Assembly: GCA_054600435.1 (NCBI GenBank)
Contig: BAAIJX010000021.1
Location: forward strand, 248,001 to 312,000
DNA: 64,000 bases
Direction of reading: 5' to 3'
From: Neophaeotheca triangularis
Taxonomy: Eukaryota
Each line of letters begins with the position of its first letter. Position 1 is the stretch's first letter. Below, in pieces: positions 56,106 through 64,000 of this stretch. Under the pieces are notes generated by a model. That model made no database searches. It was given only the letters and a program-made list of their open reading frames with translations, and had not been told where the DNA came from. The translations under genes and the position numbers were made by a program.

Positions 56106-56739
56106 TTATGCGGCTGCTGGCAACCGTCCCTCGCTCCCAGTCGCGCTCGGTGTCTGGTTGGGCGGTGGCGGAGGGAGATCCAGCTTCGTGTTCTCCGCCA
56201 TCATCCGTTGAAACCCGATACCGACGCCCTCAATGACAGCAAGCAAGATGGCACAACCGATAGCTCCGTTCCTGACAGCTTTCGCTCCTCCACGCACAGC
56301 GAGCGCTCCACCAGTGAAGAAACCGGCGATGATGGCGTTCCAGGGATCCTCCTTCTTACGCACACCTTTTACTGCGCAGTCAAACGTACTGAACATGCCT
56401 CCCCAAACGCCAAAGTTCCCTCCAAGAACAGGAGCTCGTGCTTTTATCGCCGTGACAGCTGGGTATGGGAGTCAGTATTCGCGATGTCCGGCCTACGGGT
56501 CTGGTTTAAGGCTTTCGCGTACCTCCTATTCTCCGCTCGCCGTAGGGGCTATTTCTGAAGCCTTTGACACCGTGCCATACTGCGCCACCGATGGCCTGTA
56601 GCTCTTGGTCAGCATGTATCCATCAAAAGAGTGAGTACTAGGCGTATCGTACACCCATGCAAAATGCGCCTCCAAAGTCTGATAGTGCTACCCATGGGCA
56701 CGGGTCTCGGGTGTGGTCAAGGCCATGACTGTCGCCCAT
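56106..56739 (-). CDS. TIM17: Mitochondrial inner-membrane translocase subunit Tim17 (introns 56596-56652, 56459-56522)
   Basis: Spliced [75 protein letters not shown]. Confidence 0.97.
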
Positions 56740-57020
56740 CGTTGCGGAGATCAGGAGGGGAAAATTGAGGTGGACGGTTCGAAGGTGTCGTCGCTATATT
56801 ACGATTTGGAGATGTAAAGGCGTGTGATGAGAGGACGGATGATGACTTGTGGAAATATTGAATCCATGTTATGTCGCTCTTCTGCTTCAGAGACGAAGCG
56901 CGGAAAATTCCGTCCTCCGAAACCGCCCGCTGTTGTCTATGTACCTCAGTACTATTAGTATTGAACGCTACAATAACATCACTTCGCCTTCCCAGTGACT
57001 GCCGTTCTTTCGGACTCAAC

Positions 57021-58196
57021 ATGTCGCGCCTTGCGCAAAGCAAGCCTACGCCGGCTCCGCGGAAAGAAGCGCGGATTGGAGGACTAGGTGACACGCAAGA
57101 CGGTGAGCTCGAACCAAGCGCATGCGGAATCCGCTCACTTCATACTAACACGCTCACAGAGATATGTCCGGTCTGCAAGAGCAGCAGATACCTTAACGCC
57201 AGCCTTCGCTTCCTCGTAAATCCAGAATGCTACCACAAAATGTGTGAGTCGTGCGTCGACCGCATCTTCTCCCACGGCCCCGCGCAATGTCCAATCTCCG
57301 GCTGCCCAAGGACACTTAGGAAGCACAGATTCCGTGAGCAAACATTCGAGGATATCAAGGTAGAGCGAGAAGTGGACATACGGCGGCGGATAGCGGCGGT
57401 GTTCAACAGGCGCGAGGACGACTTTGAGGATTTGAGGGCTTACAACGACTATCTGAACGAAGTGGAGGATATCACGTTCAACCTCGTCAACGGTATAGAC
57501 GTGGAGGAGACGGAGAAACGGTTCGAGGCATACAAGAAGGCTAATGCGGACGATATTGCTGAGAACACCGAACTGGCCAAGAAGGAGAACCTTTCATACT
57601 CGAGTCTTCAGAAGCAGGAGCGCGAGCAGGCACGTCTCCGGAGGGAGGCTGCACGGCGTGAAGAGGAGGAAGATCGTCGCGAAGCGGAAGAAAACAGGAG
57701 AGACGTGCTTGCGCGGTTGGCTTCTGGTCAGGATGCTGATGCGATTGCGAAACACGGTCAACAGGTTCAGCTCAAGAGGCGCATGGACAGGCAAGAGCAG
57801 GCGGAGCGGCAACAAAGGCTCAAGAATGCATCTGCGGCAAGCAACGGCGCTGCACCGCTCATCAAAGGTCTGAAGCGTCGCAAGGATGCCGGGCCCGAGG
57901 CCCCTATCGATCCGTTTGGTGGCCTTTCATTCGAGGGCCGCAAGCACTTCAATTTGCTGGACGACTATGTTTGGCAGGGTATTCGGGAGACCAAGGGTGC
58001 GGTCAAAAGTACAGCTGGCGGGTATGATGTGCGAGACTTTACGAATAGAGCGCTTACGGAGGCCTTTGGTGGTCTCGGCATCTTTCTCGCCGACGACGTG
58101 CATGAGGGCGAGAAAGCAGGGCAGGACGCTTTAAGTGCTGGTACTGCGAGGGCTGAATTCGGAGCTGCAGACGTGAAGATGCTGGACGCAGCCTAA
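57021..58196 (+). CDS. TFB3: TFIIH/CAK assembly factor MAT1 (in-frame intron 57103-57159)
   Basis: RING CPVCKSSRYLN..CYHKMCESCVDRIF..CP..C, FEDIKVEREVDIR and YNDYLNEVEDI. Confidence 0.95.
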   Translation: MSRLAQSKPTPAPRKEARIGGLGDTQDGELEPSACGIRSLHTNTLTEICPVCKSSRYLNASLRFLVNPECYHKMCESCVDRIFSHGPAQCPISGCPRTLRKHRFREQTFEDIKVEREVDIRRRIAAVFNRREDDFEDLRAYNDYLNEVEDITFNLVNGIDVEETEKRFEAYKKANADDIAENTELAKKENLSYSSLQKQEREQARLRREAARREEEEDRREAEENRRDVLARLASGQDADAIAKHGQQVQLKRRMDRQEQAERQQRLKNASAASNGAAPLIKGLKRRKDAGPEAPIDPFGGLSFEGRKHFNLLDDYVWQGIRETKGAVKSTAGGYDVRDFTNRALTEAFGGLGIFLADDVHEGEKAGQDALSAGTARAEFGAADVKMLDAA

Positions 58197-58830
58197 TGTA
58201 AGTTGAGGTTTAGCAAGCGTGGCAAGGCGGCGTTCGGTCATTCCGGGATTTGCATTATAAGATACCCCGGGAGCAAAGGGAAGGCGATGCCATTGTTGTA
58301 TCGTTGGGATAGAGGAGCCATAGAAGGGTCAGTCTTCATGATTAACACCTTTTCCAAAGACCGTAGACGTTTGCTGGGTTACCTTGTCTCCTGTTGGCTG
58401 CGCACGGCACGTGATTGCGGTGCTTCGGCCTGAAACAGCCCAGGGTTAGAGTTTTGGTACTGTCGTTCTTTCCAGTGACAATTGCTGCCTCCTCCCGATT
58501 CACTTGAACCTTCAATCAAGCCTCACTACGTGTCTTTCCCAGGGTCTCTAGGTGATGTTTAGCAGGCGATATTCTGTTGAGTCTTGAGTCGCACTTCACT
58601 TCGAAGGTCACCTACGCTTGTGGTTAGAGTGAAGCCAGGCATCTTTCGCACACTTCCAAGTGAACTCTTCTGATTGTCACCTAGATTTTCGTGTCACCAC
58701 AAACTATAAGTACTTGACACCCTCTCCACGCATCTGCAATCTCTCCCAACCTGATGAAGAAGAGCGACGGTTGGAACGAGCTTGTTGCTCATCACTGCGG
58801 TCACCGACTTACCTTCTGACAGGCGAAAGG

Positions 58831-60975
58831 ATGTCGTTGATACCACTTAGCGACTCGCGCGAAGTCGTGCTGTATGTTAAACCACGCCGACTTGCTCGGT
58901 ACGGAAACACTAACAAGAGACTCAGTCGCCGCGGCAATGCCATTGTAATTTACGACCCGCATTCAGAAGAGCTCTCCGTTCGGGATGCGGCTGAATCGAC
59001 TGTGGACATCACCAACTGCCCTTACTGCCAGCGCCCACTACACGAGCCAGAATACCCCCCACGCGCCAGTGCCGACGAACAACATGGACGGCCGCTCGGT
59101 TCGGATCGCCCTTTTGTGGACCCCGAGTACTTTGCCATGCTCGCGGCGAGCCAGCGGAATTCACCATCTTCTTCAGCACCCGGCACGCCAGTTCGTCGAC
59201 ACGTCCAGCCAGCTCTTCGCTCAGGACGGTCCAGGGATGTCAGTGGTGCTGGTGGTCCACCTCCGAGCGGAGCCGAGTTTGTCGGGAGCGCTCCTTCCAC
59301 AACGAGTGGCAAAGGTATCAGCAGCAGCGCTTTCAGCCCCGGATACTTTGCCCAACATTTCTGCGAGGAGAAGGAGCTAGGTAGGGGCGGAAATGGAGTT
59401 GTGCTGCTTGTAGAGCATTATCTTGACGGCGTCTCTCTAGGTCATTTCGCCTGCAAGCGAATCCCAGTGGGCAACGATCATGAGTGGTTGAAGAAGGTCC
59501 TGGTAGAAGTTACGCTGTTGCAGAAGCTCCGCAACAAGAACCTTGTCCAGTACTACTTCGTATGGCTCGAAGACCACCAGCCGACTCGATTCGGTCCACC
59601 TGTTGCATGCCTATGGATCCTTCAGGAGTTCTGCAACGGAGGGGACCTACACACATACGTGACAGGGCCTGGGGAGAATACCTCAACAGCGGAGAAGCTC
59701 AAAAACCGCTACAGGAGGAAATCAAAGACCAGCCCCGAGCCTGCAAGAGACCTTCGTGGACCCAGCAAGCTCACTTTCGAGGAGATTTTCTCGTTCTTCC
59801 GAGACATCACTTCCGGACTTCATGAGCTGCACACAAAGGGATACATTCACCGCGATCTCAAACCATCGAACTGTCTACTACAACAAGATGGTGGAAGGAC
59901 CAAAATTCTCATTTCAGACTTCGGTGAAGTACAGGCTGCTGGTGCGAAAAGAGGTTCGACGGGCGCCACCGGCACGATAAGCTACTGCGCACCAGAAGTG
60001 CTCGCTCAAAACGCGATGGATGGAAGTTTCGGTGCTTTCACGACGAAATCGGACATCTTCTCGCTGGGGATGATCGTCTACTTCATGTGCTTTGGTCGGC
60101 TACCATATGCCTCCGCCGTGGAAGATGAAGACAACGAGGATCTCGACGAGTTGAGGGCGGAGATATCGGCTTGGGAAGGCTTCAACGAAGAGGCAAGAGC
60201 TCGGCAGGATCTACCCGAGAGACTGTACAAATACCTCAAGCGCTTACTCAGTGTCGATCCCAACGAACGCCCCAGTACCGAAGAGATACTGGCTAGCATC
60301 AAAGGGGGTGCTGCGCTAGGAAACGAAGGAGAAGCCTACCCTACTCGCATCTCGAACATAGACTCCCCTCTTCGTCGTCCATCTACTCAGGGCCGTCAGC
60401 ATTCTTCCGGAACAATGAGTAGGCCAGGTTTGTCTTCGTTGGGGAGAACAGCGTCATCTTCAGCAGACACTACTAGGACCGTCATCGCACGCTCCACGAG
60501 CCCAGCAAAACGTCGCGACAGCAGTCAGGCTACCAGCCAGAGCCGACCTCAAAGTCCACTGGAATCCTCTATTATACTCCGCAATCGTAATGCAGAGTTT
60601 TCTCCAAGCGACGGCACAATCCCACCATCGGCTCAGCAAGAGAGTGCGCGACTCATGCTGCCACCCCCACCTACCCGACTGCTGGACACTGAGTACTCTC
60701 TTCCTCTGGTCGTTAGGGTGGTGCTCCTGGCGCTGAAGCTGGTCTCTGTGTCGCTGCCATGTACCCCTTACGCTCCGAATCCCTGGATCGGATACCCTCT
60801 GCTATTGCTGGCGCTGCTGGACGTCGACGACGGTCAATGGGCGCCGGGAGGTATGTGGGCCAGCGGGGACTTGAGGTTTTCATCTCTGGTCCTGGTCGTT
60901 CATATTGCCGTGGTGTTGGGGGCCGTCAAAGGCGACGGGCTCTGCTGTGGGGGAATGGGAGTGGGTGAGCATTGA
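58831..60975 (+). CDS. IKS1: IKS1-family Ser/Thr protein kinase with hydrophobic C-terminal segments (in-frame intron 58872-58925)
   Basis: CPYC, FVDPEYF, LGRGGNGVV, FACKRIPVG, HRDLKPSN, ISDFGE, GATGTISYCAPE and KSDIFSLG. Confidence 0.88.
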   Translation: MSLIPLSDSREVVLYVKPRRLARYGNTNKRLSRRGNAIVIYDPHSEELSVRDAAESTVDITNCPYCQRPLHEPEYPPRASADEQHGRPLGSDRPFVDPEYFAMLAASQRNSPSSSAPGTPVRRHVQPALRSGRSRDVSGAGGPPPSGAEFVGSAPSTTSGKGISSSAFSPGYFAQHFCEEKELGRGGNGVVLLVEHYLDGVSLGHFACKRIPVGNDHEWLKKVLVEVTLLQKLRNKNLVQYYFVWLEDHQPTRFGPPVACLWILQEFCNGGDLHTYVTGPGENTSTAEKLKNRYRRKSKTSPEPARDLRGPSKLTFEEIFSFFRDITSGLHELHTKGYIHRDLKPSNCLLQQDGGRTKILISDFGEVQAAGAKRGSTGATGTISYCAPEVLAQNAMDGSFGAFTTKSDIFSLGMIVYFMCFGRLPYASAVEDEDNEDLDELRAEISAWEGFNEEARARQDLPERLYKYLKRLLSVDPNERPSTEEILASIKGGAALGNEGEAYPTRISNIDSPLRRPSTQGRQHSSGTMSRPGLSSLGRTASSSADTTRTVIARSTSPAKRRDSSQATSQSRPQSPLESSIILRNRNAEFSPSDGTIPPSAQQESARLMLPPPPTRLLDTEYSLPLVVRVVLLALKLVSVSLPCTPYAPNPWIGYPLLLLALLDVDDGQWAPGGMWASGDLRFSSLVLVVHIAVVLGAVKGDGLCCGGMGVGEH

Positions 60976-61747
60976 GGTAGACAGACGTCTAGCGGTCAAT
61001 GAGCGCTGAAAGGTTTGCGGGTCGGTGGGGTTCATCATGTCTCTATTACTGCTCCCGGCCAATCATGTTACTCTTTACAGGGACCGTCAGTATACGATAG
61101 GCTCTGCTGAGGGGATGGAATGGGCGTGATTGCGCAGTGAGCTAGGCGGACTTAGGAGATAGGTCCTCGCCGTAGTCCCCGTCGGATGGTATCAAATCAC
61201 ACTGCACCAGCTATCACATCCCAATTGTCTTTCATTGTAGTCACTGACGACAATCATTTCCCTCTTACTATGCCAAGCCATATTGAGTCCTGTTCATGGT
61301 CGCCGAGGAATAGGAGAGACAAGGGAAGAAAAGTCGAAAAAGCCCCAAGCTGACGTCCTGTATACTGAAGAGCTCCCTCAATCCCGGCGTGATGAGACGA
61401 GCACGAACGTATAGTGGCTAGCAAGAGACCCCCTACCAGCCACAGGTCTCCCACCCTTTAGAGGATCATGCCTAGCATCCACACTTTGCGCGGCGCCGCC
61501 ACGAAGCGGCGCGCTCATGCAGTAGTAGGTTGTGAACTCACCAACTCAGCTTAACCGACCTATGATTATGATTATGCTTATGAACTGATTTGATTGGCCA
61601 ACGTGGTCGGCGAATTCGTCTTCCAGCCTGAATTGTAGAGGTCGTCGTCGCCAAGTCAGCCCCAAAGGGCAACATTTTGCAGGCTTCGAGCCGCAAGTAT
61701 CTGGTGATATTGAATGGTTTTATATCATTTTACAATGTGTTGACCGA

Positions 61748-61809
61748 TCAGATCAGATCAAGACCTTGATGATTAGGTCGGTGTTGGGTCAGATCAGAAT
61801 CAAGACCTT
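61748..61809. repeat. Imperfect direct repeat TCAGATCAG(A)ATCAAGACCTT x2 (possible DNA-transposon end remnant)
   Basis: Copies at 61748-61767 and 61789-61809. The transposon interpretation is inference only. Confidence 0.55.
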
Positions 61810-61992
61810 ATAACATGAGGCTCCAGGTGTTCTAATTCCAATGACCATCAAGGTGAACACTTGTCACCATAGAAGTATTCGGGACTAGCCGATTCGGCTG
61901 TTCGATCCCCTCCTGAGTTTTCTGTGAGAGCTCTTGATGATGTATGTAATATATGCAGTTTTGCATGACCTCAGTCATCGATTACACACCTC

Positions 61993-62120
61993 GGTCGGTA
62001 CGTCTAGTCTAGAATCTACTTCCAAATATGCATCCACTAACACTCATCCAGGTTAGCTCAGTTGGTTAGAGCGTGGTGCTAATAACGCCAAGGTCGCGAG
62101 TTCGACCCTCGTACTGACCA
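61993..62120 (+). tRNA. tRNA-Ile(AAU), apparently split in the acceptor stem (exon 1 61993-61997, exon 2 62052-62120)
   Basis: Joined sequence GGTCG+GTTAGCTCAGTTGGTTAGAGCGTGGTGCTAATAACGCCAAGGTCGCGAGTTCGACCCTCGTACTGACCA is 74 nt. Stems: acceptor GGTCGGT/ACTGACC, D GCTC/GAGC, anticodon TGGTG/CGCCA with loop CTAATAA (anticodon AAT), T GCGAG/CTCGT. A and B boxes are intact. Confidence 0.9.
61998..62051 (+). other. Spliceosomal-type (U2, GT-AG) intron inside the tRNA-Ile acceptor stem
   Basis: GTACGT donor at 61998, CTAAC branch at 62037-62041, CAG acceptor at 62049-62051, 54 nt long. Same signals and size class as the mRNA introns in this window. Confidence 0.82.
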
Positions 62121-62129
62121 TTTCTTTTT
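62121..62129 (+). terminator. RNA polymerase III terminator (T-tract)
   Basis: TTTCTTTTT immediately follows the discriminator base of the tRNA. Confidence 0.8.
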
Positions 62130-62907
62130 GCTCTCTTTCAACTGCCCTGCTGCCCTCTTTGGCTGCCATTGAGATCAGTCTCGTTACAAGGAGAGTCTCG
62201 ATCTCTATCGCTCCTTGAGTGTGATTCTGGTACTTGATCAGGCCAGGGCGCGCGTCAAGTTTTTTTGCGAAATGCTTATAAACACACGAAAATCCAAGAA
62301 TTTTCAGTGTACAACAGAACATTTTGAGTGAAGGAAGGGAGGAGGTTCCAGACTTGGGTGATGCCTAAGGTAACGTACATCTGGTATTGCCGGTATTTGT
62401 CGGGGGCTACGATGCCCGTGGCAGTCCCAACATCCTCCAAGCCAAGCGGTCAGACTAGCCTAGTCAACAATTCTCGTATTCCCTCCTTCGCTTGACTGTG
62501 GACGAGATATTGTTCTTCTGTTCATGAGATATTATGGCTGGATATATGTAAGTTCGATGGCACTACTTTCCAGTGTTCTCTGGGAATGTCGACCGGCGAC
62601 GGGATTTGGTTGCCGAGACAGCGATGTATGAGCTGTCTGGGTAGCTTAGGGGTTTCCTGACATGGCAGCGCGTTTTCTCATTGCGAAGCGGGACCAGCTC
62701 ACTTGAAATACAGACTCGAGCCAAGGCAGCTGATTGTCCTATCTTTCATTATCACTTGAGCCGTGTACCGCCCGATACTAAGATATACCCTTTTTTCGTC
62801 GATTGCCGACAGCAACCACCATTGAACCAATTTAATCACCCCACTCGCCCGCCCCTCTCCAGCACATACACCTCCAAACCCTAGCACCACCCCAAGGCCC
62901 CCAACCC

Positions 62908-63549
62908 TCACCCCAAACACTTCAGAATCTCCGGCTGATCGATCAAAACGAGATACCTCACGAGCCGCTCGCCAAACGCCTGCCTCAGCCGCTCCCAAGG
63001 CTCATCGGCCCTCTCAACCACCCTCCTCAAGATCTGCACGCAACACTCCATAACCCTGCCCTCGGCAGCCGCAAACGTAATCCCAACCCCTTCTCTCCCT
63101 CTTCCCCCATGAGCATGCATAAACCGCAACCACGACCCCAACTTGCACCAATCCGGGTGTAGACCTAGATGGCATCTCCATCAGCTACAACAGACAAAAG
63201 CGTGAGCCATCCTCTTTTTTTTTTTTTTTTTATCCAAGACTGTGTGAAAGGGAAACGAACCCGTTAGAGCCACTTCGACTGCACCGGGCACAAGCCAGCG
63301 CTTGAAGGTTCGTGCAAAGAGGAGCAAGCGGCTGGCGTCGCAGTTTAGGACGTCAAAGTGGAAAGTGTTGTTGCCGAAGAAGATTTTGTAGCTGCGGTCG
63401 CGGAGTTCGGTGCAGGTTGCGCTGATAGGGGGAAGAGGGAAGACGGGGATTGTGGGGTGGATGATGAGGGGGGAGGGGGCGAGGAGGACGGCGCGCAGGA
63501 TTGTGTCTTGGAGTTCGGTGGGGAGGCGGCTGAGGGGGGAGTTTTCCAT
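62908..63549 (-). CDS. Hypothetical protein with F-box-like N-terminus (intron 63165-63260)
   Basis: MENSPLSRLPTELQDTIL..ISATCTELRDRSYKIFFGNNTF. The intron GTTCGT..CTGAT..TAG (containing a poly-A run) joins in frame to GLHPDWCKLGSWLRF...*. Confidence 0.7.
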
Positions 63550-64000
63550 GTCGGCAGGGAGTGCGGTTTGGAGGGAGTTCTGTGTTGGCCGAGCGGTGAT
63601 GTTGTGGTTTTGTCGGGGGAAGAGACCGTGGCTAGAGTAGAGTCATGACTTATGTGATATTCGCGTCTCAGGACTGATGGGCCAGCCGGATGCTGTACAA
63701 TGGTCATCAATTTTCAGACCTGGCGTAAGCCGATTTCCTCGCTATCGGAGTCGAGATGCAAAGAAAACTGTGGGCAAAACGTTAATGCCAAAGAAAATAC
63801 CCATATCCACACTCTGCGGCAATTGAACATGCAAATTCCCACCTAGCGCCGTTGTACTCCATGCATGCCTTCATAAACGTCAGAAAAATCATCGATACTG
63901 ATCCATAAACTCTTGATGAAACTTCGTAATTCTGCCAACCCAGTCGGTCCCCGGCGCCAAGAAAGTCGTCCTGAAATGCAAGGTACCCTCCTTTTGCCCA

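Noticed and set aside
56871..57020. N-terminal extensions given by the ORF track for TFB3 (and similarly IKS1, REI1, DPH2, asparaginase)
   Set aside because: Conserved-looking sequence begins at downstream ATGs, and several track starts are GTG/TTG, which are unlikely in a fungal nuclear gene.
61870..61922. GTTCGATCC with a nearby hairpin as a second tRNA
   Set aside because: The flanks (GGCTG/CCCTC) do not form a T-stem and there is no D or anticodon arm. Kept only as an isolated B-box match.
62047..62120. Simple 5'-degenerate tRNA pseudogene reading
   Set aside because: It does not explain why the exact missing bases GGTCG lie upstream, bounded by donor, branch and acceptor signals, while the rest of the tRNA shows no decay. 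Not formally excluded without RNA data.
63215..63231. T17 homopolymer as a retroelement tail
   Set aside because: It lies within a normal intron, with no target-site duplication or SINE body evident.

Overview
Gene-dense eukaryotic DNA from a filamentous ascomycete, probably a Dothideomycete (inferred from gene content and short GT-AG introns with CTRAC/CTRAY branch points, mostly ~50-60 nt). It holds about 23 protein-coding loci. Housekeeping genes: TOM1 (5' part), FBP26, CDC28/cdc2, RAD4, a CWC16/Saf4-family splicing factor, a Ppc89-like SPB protein, TRM7, REI1, a BTB protein, COX15, DPH2, BUD27/URI, TIM17, TFB3 and IKS1. A minus-strand catabolic block contains an OPT transporter, a ClpB-like pseudogene fragment, an isoaspartyl peptidase/asparaginase, an oxalate decarboxylase and a secreted beta-lactamase-fold hydrolase. 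There are also an FAD monooxygenase, a GH64 glucanase, MYND and multi-Zn2Cys6 proteins and two poorly characterised ORFs. The standout observation is a tRNA-Ile(AAU) gene at 61993-62120 whose acceptor stem is split after nucleotide 5 by a 54-nt insert with all three spliceosomal intron signals (GTACGT donor, CTAAC branch, CAG acceptor). Removing it restores a 74-nt cloverleaf with a fully paired 7-bp acceptor stem. All assignments come from motif recognition by eye; no searches were run.
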